Numbered from the stretch's first letter, positions 10,324-20,309 are shown. The stretch: DNA of 64,000 nucleotides from Waterburya sp. (GCA_965217895.1 CBDCJV010000002.1:3616001-3680000); one strand, 5' to 3'. The notes: generated by a model not told the origin, from the letters alone. Translations and numbers: made by a program.

Positions 10324-10656
10324 TTAGTATAACTCCAAACAATGTAAATTAGGATTGTTTAAAAGCTCTTGAATAGCCCCTTTTCCAGAGCGAATTAAGG
10401 TTTCTACTTCTTTTGTTGGTGCATTTCCACACCGTAGCCAAACTACTTTGGGAGGAAAACCATACAAGCGACTTTTCTCCGCAAAGTCTACATCTTGAGT
10501 AACAATACAAAAATCGTTAACCTTGGCAAATTCCCAAATGTTAGTATCTGTTTTTTCTGCCAAGTCGTGAAATTGAACATGACTAGAATTAGGAAATATA
10601 TCTGCTAAACTATTAATTAATTTACGACTTAAATTTTGGTCAAAAAGTAGTTTCAA
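10324..10656 (-). CDS. DUF5615 PIN-like toxin (VapC45-like)
   Basis: MKLLFDQNLS...IVTQDVDF...PPKVVWLRCGN. Confidence 0.85.
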   Translation of the reverse strand: MKLLFDQNLSRKLINSLADIFPNSSHVQFHDLAEKTDTNIWEFAKVNDFCIVTQDVDFAEKSRLYGFPPKVVWLRCGNAPTKEVETLIRSGKGAIQELLNNPNLHCLELY

Positions 10657-10883
10657 TTAATATTTATAGAAGCAACTAAACGATGTTCGCGATCGGCAGC
10701 AAATTCCAAGCAGGCTTTGATATCCTCCTCGGTCAATTCAGGAAAGTCGTCTGTAATTTCATCATGAGACATCCCAGCAGCTAGCCAGCCTAAAACATCG
10801 TAGACAGTAATCCTCATTCGTCTAACACAGGGCTTTCCTCCTCGTTTATCTGGTTCAATTGTAATTAAGTCGCGATAACCCAT
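10653..10883 (-). CDS. DUF433 antitoxin
   Basis: ITIEPDKRGGKPCVRRMRITVYDVL...DFPELTEEDIKACL. Confidence 0.9.
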   Translation of the reverse strand: MGYRDLITIEPDKRGGKPCVRRMRITVYDVLGWLAAGMSHDEITDDFPELTEEDIKACLEFAADREHRLVASININ

Positions 10884-11104
10884 GACTGCAAAAACATATT
10901 TTTATTATCAGCTATACTTTATCAAAAAATAGTAATGAGATAAGGAGAGATCGCATCTCTTCTTTTGACTCAGCTTTAACTAACTGTAAACTAAATATTT
11001 GCCAATTAAATTAATTTTTTCAGCTTTTATTAATTTAGCCTTCACGACAGGGAATTATCTAAATAAGTGCCATCTTGAATAATTGACCCTTATTTAAATT
11101 AATT

Positions 11105-13060
11105 TTGTTTATGGAAGTTATATTTGGTTTAATAATTGGATTAATGGTAGGTGCTTTAAGTTTCTGGCTAATAATGCGTTCTCAAATCCAAGGAATAAAA
11201 GCTCAAAAACAGGCAAGTGATGAAAAACTGTCTCTTTATTGTTCACAACGAGAAACATTATCTACAGAAAACGATGAACAAAAGCAAAAAATTGCCAGAT
11301 TAGAAACAGAAATTCGTTCAACTCTCAGTAAATCAAGTGATGCAGACGCAAAGATATCGCGTTTATCAGAGTTACAACAAGAGTTAAAAAACAAAATGAG
11401 CGAGGTTCAACGTCTTCAATCACAAATTACTGTTCAAAAAGAAGATATATCCAGATTAAATGCCGATTTAAGAAACAAAGAGCAATCTGCCAAACAAAAA
11501 ATTGAAGAGTTAAATAGCAACTTACAGCAAATAAATTCGGAAAACAATCGCTATCAAAAAGAAATAGAATTAGCCAACCAAAAGAACGCAATGGCTAACG
11601 CTCAACAAGAACAACTAAGTTATCTTAAACAAGAGCTTGAACAAGAAAAAATCAAAAATCAAGAGTTTCAAGTTGAAAAAACTGATTTAATAGCAAAGTT
11701 ATCTAACTTAGAATCTCAATTAAATTTACTGGAAAATAAAGAGCAATCTGCCAAACAAAAAATTGAAGAGTTAAATAGCAACTTACAGCAGATAAATTCG
11801 GAAAACAATCGCTATCAAAAAGAAATAGAATTAGCCAACCAAAAGAACGCAATGGCTAACGCTCAACAAGAACAACTAAGTTATCTTAAACAAGAACTCG
11901 AACAAGAAAAAATCAAAAATCAAGAGTTTCAAGTTGAAAAAACTGATTTAATAGCAAAGTTATCTAACTTAGAATCTCAATTAAATTTACTGGAAAACTT
12001 AGAACAAAAATTTACAAGTACTTTTGAACTTCTCTCTTCTAAAGCTTTACAACATAATAATCAGCAATTTATTGAAGTAGCCAAAGAAACTTTTGCCAAC
12101 ATTCATCAGTCCTCTCATAATCGATTAGACAGCTTAGTTTCACCCTTAAATAACTCCCTTGAAGCATTTAATAAACAAATCAAAGAAATTGAAAATTCTC
12201 GACAAGAGGATAAAGGTAAAATTTCAGAACAATTAAAATCCGTCGTTAATGCTCAGTATCAACTTCAAACTGAAACCGCTAATTTATCAAAAGCTTTGCG
12301 TCAGCCTGTAGTTCGTGGTAGATGGGGAGAAATGCAATTAAAGCGCGTGGTAGAAATGTCAGGAATGCAAGAACACTGCGACTTTAGTATACAAGAAACT
12401 GTTCACACTGAAAATGGTTCTCTCAGACCAGACTTAATTGTCAAGCTTCCTGGCAAAAGACAAGTGATTGTAGATTCCAAAGCTCCTTTAAAAGGATATT
12501 TAGAAGCTACAGAAGCAAAAGAAGAATCGATACAGCTTGAATGTTTGAAAAATCATGCTGCATCGATTCGTACTCATATTAATCAACTAAGTTCTAAAAA
12601 TTATTGGGAACTATTCGAGCAAACACCTGAATTTGTGATTATGTTTTTACCTGGTGAAGTATTTTTCAGTGCTGCCCTTCAACAAGATCCCAGACTAATC
12701 GAGTTTGGCATAGAAAAGAAAGTTATTTTGGCGACACCGACAACTTTAATTACACTATTAAAAACTATAGAATACGGTTGGAGACAGGAACGAGTTGCAG
12801 AAAATGCTCAGGCAATTGGTGATTTAGGTCGAGAACTATATGACAGATTAATTAAATTTACAGATCATTTAATTACTGTCCGCAAAAAGCTCGATGATAC
12901 TGTTAAAGCATACAACACAACAATAGGCTCTTATGAATCTCGACTTCTTGTTTCGGCTCGGAAATTTCAAGAAATAGGTAGTTATGGTAATGATGGGATT
13001 GAACGTATTCAACCAATTGAGCGTCATCTAAGATCGTTAACACAAGAGCATAATCCATGA
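11105..13060 (+). CDS. rmuC: DNA recombination protein RmuC with extended coiled coil
   Basis: N-terminal TM, RGRWGEMQL, RPDLIVKLPG..IVDSKAP, FVIMFLPGE and ATPTTL. Confidence 0.9.
   Translation: MFMEVIFGLIIGLMVGALSFWLIMRSQIQGIKAQKQASDEKLSLYCSQRETLSTENDEQKQKIARLETEIRSTLSKSSDADAKISRLSELQQELKNKMSEVQRLQSQITVQKEDISRLNADLRNKEQSAKQKIEELNSNLQQINSENNRYQKEIELANQKNAMANAQQEQLSYLKQELEQEKIKNQEFQVEKTDLIAKLSNLESQLNLLENKEQSAKQKIEELNSNLQQINSENNRYQKEIELANQKNAMANAQQEQLSYLKQELEQEKIKNQEFQVEKTDLIAKLSNLESQLNLLENLEQKFTSTFELLSSKALQHNNQQFIEVAKETFANIHQSSHNRLDSLVSPLNNSLEAFNKQIKEIENSRQEDKGKISEQLKSVVNAQYQLQTETANLSKALRQPVVRGRWGEMQLKRVVEMSGMQEHCDFSIQETVHTENGSLRPDLIVKLPGKRQVIVDSKAPLKGYLEATEAKEESIQLECLKNHAASIRTHINQLSSKNYWELFEQTPEFVIMFLPGEVFFSAALQQDPRLIEFGIEKKVILATPTTLITLLKTIEYGWRQERVAENAQAIGDLGRELYDRLIKFTDHLITVRKKLDDTVKAYNTTIGSYESRLLVSARKFQEIGSYGNDGIERIQPIERHLRSLTQEHNP
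11477..11997 (+). repeat. In-frame 261-bp tandem duplication within rmuC
   Basis: GAGCAATCTGCC at 11480 and 11741; 87-aa unit repeated with only a few synonymous differences. Confidence 0.95.
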
Positions 13061-13241
13061 AAATGACAAACAATATATAAATTGCGATCGCCTTATTGCC
13101 TTTACTCAACTAGAATATTTATATTCCTCCTCCCTTCAAATAAATGCCTATTTTACCGATCAAAAACATCCACACCCTAGTCATACCAATTTAATACTAA
13201 ACTTTAAAGTTAAAACTTTTTATAAACAAAGCAGTTATTCA

Positions 13242-13538
13242 ATGAATAAAGAAAAATTGAAAACCTATCGCGCTCAAATCATCGCTCTTGCCGAACGCTA
13301 TCATGCTCCTAATATAAGAGTATTTGGTTCCACAGTAAGAGAAGACAGTACATCTAAAAGCGATGTAGATTTTTTAATAGATATCTCGCCAGAACAATCA
13401 CTACTCGATCTAATTGCCTTTACTCGCGAGTTAAAAGAGCTTCTTGGTTGCGAAGTTGATGTAGCCCAAAGCACCGTACTTCATCCAATAATAAGAGATG
13501 AAGTTTTAAGGGAGGCTGTTTCTTTAGATAGTTTGTAG
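13242..13538 (+). CDS. Minimal nucleotidyltransferase (MNT) antitoxin
   Basis: VFGSTVR...SDVDFL and LLGCEVDV. Confidence 0.85.
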   Translation: MNKEKLKTYRAQIIALAERYHAPNIRVFGSTVREDSTSKSDVDFLIDISPEQSLLDLIAFTRELKELLGCEVDVAQSTVLHPIIRDEVLREAVSLDSL

Positions 13539-13555
13539 TGAAGTGTTTAAAATTA

Positions 13556-13713
13556 ATGTCCAAAAAAAGAAACCCTCTACTTTTTCTGACTGATATTATT
13601 GAGGCAATAGAAAGAATAGAATCATATACTAGCTTGGGAAAACAGCAGTTTTTTGAAAATATAGCATTTCAAGATGCAACTTTTTTTAGGTTGCAAACTA
13701 TTGGTGAGGCTGT
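13556..13713 (+). pseudogene. HEPN/DUF86 toxin, truncated by a REP-like insertion
   Basis: LTDIIEAIERIESYT...QDATFFRLQTIGEAV stops abruptly at the repeat; the RxxxxH catalytic half is absent. Confidence 0.75.
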
Positions 13714-13852
13714 TGTAGGGGCGTGTCTTGGTGAGCGTTCCCTTGCGCCTGACGGCGACGCGGTGAGACAGTTGCGGTGGACGGGTTTCCCGGCATAAGC
13801 AAACTGTCGAACCCTTTAGGGGGTCTCACCGCTTTCGCGAAACGCCCTTACA
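13714..13852. repeat. Composite REP-like palindrome with nested small dispersed repeats
   Basis: TGTAGGGGCGT...TTCGCGAAACGCCCTTACA outer arms; inner GCGGTGAGAC...GTCTCACCGC inverted repeat; GC-rich. Confidence 0.7.
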
Positions 13853-13984
13853 GAATATGTCGCATTCTTTTTTCTATACCGAGCATTGCTATATCTAGGG
13901 CGTGTCATCAATTAAATATTTGCTACTCTTAATGGGACAATAGTTAAGCTGACAATCATGTTGATCTAGTTAGATTTAGCCAAA

Positions 13985-15283
13985 ATGACAAATGCGATCG
14001 CAACTCAACTAAAATCGCTCATTGATAATAAGACAGAATTAGTTGAACTAACAGAGGCTGATGTCTATTGGCAAAACAAGATAAATCAAGCAGTTTTAAA
14101 TATTGACACACCAATATACTTGGTGTTTCCTCAAGCTGTAGATACTTTGGCCAAGATAGTTAAACAAGCATTTTTACACCAGTGGCGTATTTTGATTTGC
14201 GGTAACGGCAGTAAATTAACTTGGGGTAATCTAAGTCAGGATATAAATATAGTAATTAGTACGCAAAAATGCGATCGCCTGGTTGAACACGCCGTAGGCG
14301 ATCTCACGGTAACAGTAGAAGCAGGAATGAAACTAGCTGATTTACAGGCAGTATTGCGATCGCACAATCAGTTTTTACCTCTAGATCCTAGCTATCCAGA
14401 GACAGCCAGCTTGGGGGGAATTGTCGCCACAGCCGATGCAGGAAGTTGGCGACAGCGTTATGGTAGCGTGCGGGATCTGTTATTAGGATTATCTTTTGTT
14501 CGCGCTGATGGTGAAATTGCCAAAGCAGGAGGTAGAGTAGTTAAAAACGTAGCAGGTTATGACCTGATGAAATTATTTACGGGTGCTTATGGTACTTTGG
14601 GGATAATTTCCCAGCTTACTTTTCGGACTTATCCTTTAATTACTACTTCTAAAACTTTATTATTGACAGGAAAAGCAGAGCAAATCACTCAAGCTTGCCA
14701 AACAATTCGTAATTCTGGGTTAACTCCCACTGCCTTAGATTTACTTTCTGCTGCGGTGGTAGAGCAATTGGGTTTAGGGAAAGATATTGGTTTAGTGATG
14801 CGTTGGCAAACCATACCAGAAAGCATTGAGCAACAGCTTGAGCAAGTACAGGCGATCGCCAAAGAACTTAATTTAACCATTAAGATATACGAAAATCAGG
14901 CGGAAACAGATTTATGGCAACAATGCGCCACAACTCCTGATTCTGATACAGCAATCACCTGCAAAATAGGTATTTCTCCCGCTGCTGCCGTAAATTTTCT
15001 ACAGTTAAAACAGATTGAGTCGCAAAATATCGCGGCGAGAGTTCACGCAGCTAGTGGCATTGGAGAACTACAGCTAAAAAATATAGATTATCAGGCTATT
15101 ACAGAAATGCGATCGCACTGCCAACAAAACTCTGGTTTTCTCACTATTCTCCATGCAGCCAAATCGGTCAAACAAGAAATAGATATTTGGGGCTATACAG
15201 GGAATGCTAGACAAACTATGCAAACAATCAAAAACCAGTTCGATCCTCAGAATATTCTTAACCCTAACCGCTTTCTAGTCTAA
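13985..15283 (+). CDS. glcE: Glycolate oxidase FAD-binding subunit
   Basis: DLTVTVEAG, GGRVVKNVAGYDLMKLFTGAYGTLG, FDPQNILNPNRF; next to glcF. Confidence 0.85.
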   Translation: MTNAIATQLKSLIDNKTELVELTEADVYWQNKINQAVLNIDTPIYLVFPQAVDTLAKIVKQAFLHQWRILICGNGSKLTWGNLSQDINIVISTQKCDRLVEHAVGDLTVTVEAGMKLADLQAVLRSHNQFLPLDPSYPETASLGGIVATADAGSWRQRYGSVRDLLLGLSFVRADGEIAKAGGRVVKNVAGYDLMKLFTGAYGTLGIISQLTFRTYPLITTSKTLLLTGKAEQITQACQTIRNSGLTPTALDLLSAAVVEQLGLGKDIGLVMRWQTIPESIEQQLEQVQAIAKELNLTIKIYENQAETDLWQQCATTPDSDTAITCKIGISPAAAVNFLQLKQIESQNIAARVHAASGIGELQLKNIDYQAITEMRSHCQQNSGFLTILHAAKSVKQEIDIWGYTGNARQTMQTIKNQFDPQNILNPNRFLV

Positions 15284-15308
15284 TAAATATCGCTAGGATA
15301 TATAAACC

Positions 15309-15338
15309 TTGTAAGGGCAGATCGCGATCGGCCCTTAC
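15309..15338. repeat. REP-like hairpin between glcE and glcF
   Basis: GTAAGGGC AGATCGCGATCG GCCCTTAC; same arm family as 13714-13852. Confidence 0.6.
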
Positions 15339-15361
15339 GTAAGATTAAAAATTGTTAACAA

Positions 15362-16678
15362 ATGACCAATTTTGATGCTAAAAATCCTCCGAAGCCAGAA
15401 TTAATAGATACCTGTGTTCATTGTGGCTTTTGTCTTGCTACCTGTCCTAGTTATCGAGTAATTGGCAAAGAAATGGATTCTCCTAGAGGCAGAATTTATT
15501 TAATGGATGCCATCAACAAGGGTGAGGCAACTATCGACATTGCCACCTCTCAACATTTTGATTCTTGTTTAGGCTGTCTTGCTTGCGTGACTACCTGCCC
15601 TTCTGGAGTACAGTACGATAAATTGATCGCCGCTACTCGCCCGCAGATAGAAAGAAATCAACCCCGCAGTTTAGGTGACAGGTTAATTAGAACTTTAATT
15701 TTTAATTTGTTTCCCTATCCTAATCGTCTACGCAACTTACTTCCTCCTCTATGGCTATATCAAAAATCAGGTTTGCAAAAGTTTTTACGTAGCCAAGGAA
15801 TACTTAAAAAGTTTGTTCCTCGTTTGGCAGCGATGGAGGCGATTTTACCTGCTATCACTGCTGATGCTTGGCAAGATAACTTACCTGAAGTAATACCCGC
15901 CCAAGGAAAAAAACGCTATCGTGTGGGCATGATTTTGGGCTGCGTCCAACGACTGTTTTTCTCTCCTGTAAATGAAGCGACTGCTAGAGTATTGACTGCT
16001 AATGGTTGCGAAGTTGTGATTCCCAAAGCTCAAGGCTGTTGTGCTGCCCTGCCTGCCCATCAGGGGCAAGAAGCTCAAGCACAGACTTTAGCCAGACAAA
16101 TGATCGACAGCTTTATAGATCTTGAACTTGATGCAATCATTATTAATGCTGCTGGTTGTGGACATACTCTCAAAGAATATGGTCATATTTTGGCTGATGA
16201 TCCAGAATATAAAGCCAAGGCTGAAGCATTTGTCAGCAAAGTTAAGGATGTTCAAGAATTTTTATCCTCAATAGAATTAACCGCCGAACTACATCCCTTA
16301 ACATCATCAGAAATCACAATTGTTTATCAAGATGCTTGCCATCTTTTACACGGACAAAAAATTAGTCTTCAGCCACGACAACTTTTAAGACAAATTCCTG
16401 GAGTTAAATTACGCGAACCTCTTGATGCCAGCTTATGCTGTGGTAGTGCGGGTATTTATAATATGTTGCAACCTGAAACAGCAGACGAATTAGGCAAACA
16501 AAAAGCCACAAACTTGCTCGATACGGGAGCAAGTTTGATTGCTTCAGCTAATCCTGGTTGTTCTTTACAAATACAAAAGCATTTAGAGTTACAAAATTCC
16601 CAGGTTAAATTATTACATCCGATTGAATTGTTAGACTATTCAATTCAGGGAAAGAAAATAGATGAGATTAAAGCCTAA
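15362..16678 (+). CDS. glcF: Glycolate oxidase iron-sulfur subunit
   Basis: CVHCGFCLATCP and CLGCLACVTTCP ferredoxin motifs plus two CCG-type domains. Confidence 0.9.
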   Translation: MTNFDAKNPPKPELIDTCVHCGFCLATCPSYRVIGKEMDSPRGRIYLMDAINKGEATIDIATSQHFDSCLGCLACVTTCPSGVQYDKLIAATRPQIERNQPRSLGDRLIRTLIFNLFPYPNRLRNLLPPLWLYQKSGLQKFLRSQGILKKFVPRLAAMEAILPAITADAWQDNLPEVIPAQGKKRYRVGMILGCVQRLFFSPVNEATARVLTANGCEVVIPKAQGCCAALPAHQGQEAQAQTLARQMIDSFIDLELDAIIINAAGCGHTLKEYGHILADDPEYKAKAEAFVSKVKDVQEFLSSIELTAELHPLTSSEITIVYQDACHLLHGQKISLQPRQLLRQIPGVKLREPLDASLCCGSAGIYNMLQPETADELGKQKATNLLDTGASLIASANPGCSLQIQKHLELQNSQVKLLHPIELLDYSIQGKKIDEIKA

Positions 16679-16843
16679 AATCCAATCTGTGACTTTGGCG
16701 ATCGCTTCTCTTAGCATTACATAGCAAAGTAAGTCCTAAGCTCTTGTATGCTCTTAAATCCCATCTTAGAAACAAAAAAGAGGTGATTTCCCGTAAAAAA
16801 CGCTACTATTTTTATTAACGATAATAAAGTTTTGTAACTAAAA

Positions 16844-17455
16844 GTGACCGCAACCTATCCCCAAGATATTTCCACCGCCTCTAGTAGTTGGTACTCCCTA
16901 AAACCAATTTGGCAAGGAGGACAAGAAACCGTCCAACAAGGATTACCCCATAAGCAGTTAGCACCCACATGGCAAATGCTTTTATTGGGAGATGGCTCGC
17001 CGACTCACCTTTTGCAATTACTTACAGGCGAAAGAACTGAAGTAGACGTAATAGATATGTCTTTAATTGGTAAAAAAGACGATGGCGCACCAGAAGAAAT
17101 TGAGGCGATCGCCGAACCAAGATTGAGAAGACAGGTATGGTTGCGAACTACATCAGGTCAAAGATTAGCCTATGCTGCTTCTTGGTGGAACGCTAGTAAT
17201 GTTGATGATTATCTGCAAAATCGCTCTTTACCCGTATGGCGAAGCCTTTCTACACTCCATACAGAACTTTATCGAGATGTACGAGGAATTTATTATGGTA
17301 ATTCTTCGGCTTTAGAGTCGGCATTTGGCGAAAAAGCACCCTTTTGGGGTCGTCATTACCTTTTTTGGCACGATGGACAACCCTTAACTCTAATATATGA
17401 GGTTTTTTCTCCCTATTTACGGAAATATCTGGGAGAAATGTCGCAAAAACATTAA
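16844..17455 (+). CDS. Chorismate pyruvate-lyase (UbiC/DUF98-like)
   Basis: LLLGDGSPT, RQVWL..GQRLAYAASWW and LTLIYEVFSP. Confidence 0.75.
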   Translation: MTATYPQDISTASSSWYSLKPIWQGGQETVQQGLPHKQLAPTWQMLLLGDGSPTHLLQLLTGERTEVDVIDMSLIGKKDDGAPEEIEAIAEPRLRRQVWLRTTSGQRLAYAASWWNASNVDDYLQNRSLPVWRSLSTLHTELYRDVRGIYYGNSSALESAFGEKAPFWGRHYLFWHDGQPLTLIYEVFSPYLRKYLGEMSQKH

Positions 17456-17574
17456 GTTACCAAATCTAAATTCTTTATGATTTCTTGACCCCATCTTTAC
17501 GTCCTGACCATATACTGACATCCAGAAAGCGCAAATTTGGCGTTTTTAATCTTATAGAGCAAGAGGATATTATT

Positions 17575-17910
17575 ATGGGTTTTCTTGGAAAACTGTTTGG
17601 CAAAAAAGAAGAAGATAAAGCAGCTAAAGCAGGAAAAGTTAAGGTTGCAGCCGCAGCCAAAGATAACGATATTGCCCCAGAAAAAGTTGGTCTAGATGGT
17701 CAATTTGACGAAAGCGGTTTGGCAAAGCGTGTTGCTCAAGCACTTGATGAAGCAGGAATCTCTGATAGTGTTGGACTTTGGGTGGCACAAACAGGCAGTA
17801 CAGTTGTTTTAAAATATAACCCTGATGCTGAAAGCGTTCTTTCTAAAGCAGAACAAGTTGCTAAAGGTGTAGACGGAGCAAGTGCCGTCCAAACCGTACC
17901 TAATAGCTAA
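17575..17910 (+). CDS. Small BON-like/phospholipid-binding conserved protein
   Basis: GAGG RBS then ATG 17575; VGLDGQFDESGLAKRVA...WVAQTGSTVVLK. Confidence 0.6.
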   Translation: MGFLGKLFGKKEEDKAAKAGKVKVAAAAKDNDIAPEKVGLDGQFDESGLAKRVAQALDEAGISDSVGLWVAQTGSTVVLKYNPDAESVLSKAEQVAKGVDGASAVQTVPNS

Positions 17911-18079
17911 AAGACAAGTTAATGCAGGTTCAATTATTAGAGCCAAAAGGCTTTGGCTATGATGTTTTTCGCATCTAGCCTTTTTTATGTAAACTGCAAG
18001 CTTTGATAGAGAGTTTTACAACTGCTACTAATCCAATATATTCTAGGTTTGAGCGATTATTCCCCACAAGGAGCAACAC

Positions 18080-19015
18080 ATGAAAGATAGACCTATTATT
18101 CTCGGTATAGTTGGCGACAGTGCAGCGGGTAAAACAACGTTGACGAAGGGAATTGCTCAAGTGTTAGGAAAAGACAACGTTACCGTAATCTGTACTGACG
18201 ACTATCATCGTTACGATCGCACCCAAAGAGCAGAAATGAAAATATCTGCTCTTAATCCAGACTGTAATTATTTAGACATTATAGAACAGCATTTAGCATT
18301 GCTACGTTCAGGAAAGTCTATCCTCAAGCCTATTTATAATCACAGTACGGGTGCTTTCGATCCGCCAGAATATATTGAGCCTCGTCAGTATGTTATTGTC
18401 GAAGGCTTACTAGGATATTCAACCCGTAGAATGCGAGATAGCTATGATGTAAAAACTTATCTAGCTCCCCCAGAACCCTTGAGATCGTACTGGAAAATTA
18501 AGCGAGATACTCGTAAAAGAGGATACAGCGAAGAACAAGTTCAAGACCAACTACGTCAAAGAGAACCAGACTCTGAAGCCTTTATCCGTCCACAGCGTAA
18601 ATGGGCAGATATGATTGTTAGCTTTTATCCTCCTGATGGAACAGGGTTGGAAGAAGACAACCTTATGCTTAATGCTAATTTAATCTTGCGTCCGACAATT
18701 CCTCATCCAGATTTAACCACTATTTTAAATTCTGAAGGCAATCATCTTGGTGCAGCTATTCGTCTGGGTTTAAGTCGTGATATGGGCAAACCCGTAGATA
18801 TTTTAGAAATTGATGGTCATGCAAGTTTAGAGCAGGTTAGAGAATTAGAAAAGATTATGTGTGGCGAAGTTCCCTATCTAGGTCAATTTTGTAGCCTAGA
18901 AGGAAACCAAGAATTAGGAAAGTTAACTGGAACTACTGGAGAAACTTTACAAAGTTATCCTCTGGCTTTAACTCAGTTACTGATCACCTACCATATGCTC
19001 AAAGCAGCTAGCTAA
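18080..19015 (+). CDS. Phosphoribulokinase-family protein (second-type paralogue)
   Basis: GDSAAGKTT P-loop, ICTDDYHRYDR, KPIYNH and KRDTRKRGYS. Confidence 0.8.
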   Translation: MKDRPIILGIVGDSAAGKTTLTKGIAQVLGKDNVTVICTDDYHRYDRTQRAEMKISALNPDCNYLDIIEQHLALLRSGKSILKPIYNHSTGAFDPPEYIEPRQYVIVEGLLGYSTRRMRDSYDVKTYLAPPEPLRSYWKIKRDTRKRGYSEEQVQDQLRQREPDSEAFIRPQRKWADMIVSFYPPDGTGLEEDNLMLNANLILRPTIPHPDLTTILNSEGNHLGAAIRLGLSRDMGKPVDILEIDGHASLEQVRELEKIMCGEVPYLGQFCSLEGNQELGKLTGTTGETLQSYPLALTQLLITYHMLKAAS

Positions 19016-19091
19016 TAAGCATTGGTAACAAGTTAAGGAAATGTACCATCTGTCAAGTAGATGCAAATGAAAATTAGCTAAGGGCTGAACA

Positions 19092-19841
19092 ATGAGCAGA
19101 AATTTAAAACAATCAAAAATAAGTCGATTTGCTCTCCTTTACCAAGGTTTAGCCATATCCTTAGCTATTTGCAGTTTTCTTAGCTTGACTTTGATCGATC
19201 CAGCTATGGCGGAAGAAAAATTAGTACCAACTTTGACAGTAACTGGAAATGGGAGCGAAAATATTGCGACTACCCTGACACAAGTTAAGTTAGGAGTCGA
19301 GATTCAGGGGAAAACCGCGATGGAGGTTCAACAAGAAATAGCCAAGCGAACAGCAGCTTTGGTGGATTTGTTGCGCTCAAAAGATGTCCAAGAGTTACAG
19401 ACAGCTGGTGTAAGCCTAGAACCGAATTATGACTATACTAATAACCAAAGAAACTTAGTGGGTTATATTGGCACAAATACAGTCAGCTTTCGCCTCCAAA
19501 CTGAGCAAGTTGGAACTTTATTAGATGAAACTGTCAAAGCGGGAGCTAGTCGCATCGATGAGGTAAGTTTTATTGCTAGCCCTGAAGCGATCGCCAAGGC
19601 TCAAAAAGAAGCTCTCCGTAAAGCCACCATTGATGCTCAAGCTATGGCAGATGTTGTTTTGAAGACTCTAAATCTTGTTTCCAAAGAAATTGTTAGTGTT
19701 CAGGTTAATCAGGCAAGCGCACCCCCACCAAATCCCCTTCGAGTTCAACAACTGTTAAAAGCAGATGCTGAAGCTAATACGCCTATCATCGGTGGAAAAC
19801 AAACAGTCGAAGCTTCTGTCACTCTGCAAATCAGCTACTAG
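19092..19841 (+). CDS. SIMPL (DUF541) periplasmic protein
   Basis: Signal peptide, TLTVTGNG, VSLEPNYDY and QTVEASVTLQISY. Confidence 0.85.
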   Translation: MSRNLKQSKISRFALLYQGLAISLAICSFLSLTLIDPAMAEEKLVPTLTVTGNGSENIATTLTQVKLGVEIQGKTAMEVQQEIAKRTAALVDLLRSKDVQELQTAGVSLEPNYDYTNNQRNLVGYIGTNTVSFRLQTEQVGTLLDETVKAGASRIDEVSFIASPEAIAKAQKEALRKATIDAQAMADVVLKTLNLVSKEIVSVQVNQASAPPPNPLRVQQLLKADAEANTPIIGGKQTVEASVTLQISY

Positions 19842-20309
19842 CTAAATCATCTCAAAAAAAGCATCGTCTAATTCATAGCCAAACAGTTGCGCCATAGATT
19901 TTAGGCGCGATCGCAATGGGATATTCTGCTCTTGTAGCCAGTCTGAGAGAACAAAGATTTTATTCATCACAAATATTTCTAAGGCTTCAGGGTTAAAGAT
20001 AATACCTTCGCTACGGTTAAATTCATGAGGCACGAGCATTGCCGTATAACGAACTAGTTCTCCTGTTTTCCAGTCTAATAAAAATGGTATCCACGGATAA
20101 ACTGCATCTAAGCGTATAAACCACAGTCTAATCTCTGGTATTTCCGATAATTCGCGAGGATCGTTATCTTCTTGCTGATAGTCGATTGTCAACTGTAACT
20201 GCTGCTCATAATCGACGATCTTATTTAATGTAGAGTCTATTTGATTTTTGGCAGCAGATAAATCTAGATTGTTGATGGCTTGAGAATCTAAAATTAATTT
20301 TATAGTCAC
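19842..20309 (-). CDS. CRR6-family NDH-1 maturation factor (DUF1817)
   Basis: DPRELSEIPEIRLWFIRLDAVYPW and MLVPHEF. Confidence 0.8.
   Translation of the reverse strand: MTIKLILDSQAINNLDLSAAKNQIDSTLNKIVDYEQQLQLTIDYQQEDNDPRELSEIPEIRLWFIRLDAVYPWIPFLLDWKTGELVRYTAMLVPHEFNRSEGIIFNPEALEIFVMNKIFVLSDWLQEQNIPLRSRLKSMAQLFGYELDDAFFEMI

Noticed and set aside
9445..13111. Repeat array as a CRISPR array
   Set aside because: Spacers are 0.7-2.1 kb genes, the repeats are degenerate, and no cas genes are present
13714..13798. C-terminus of the 86-aa ORF 13538-13798
   Set aside because: Read-through into the inserted repeat, not HEPN sequence
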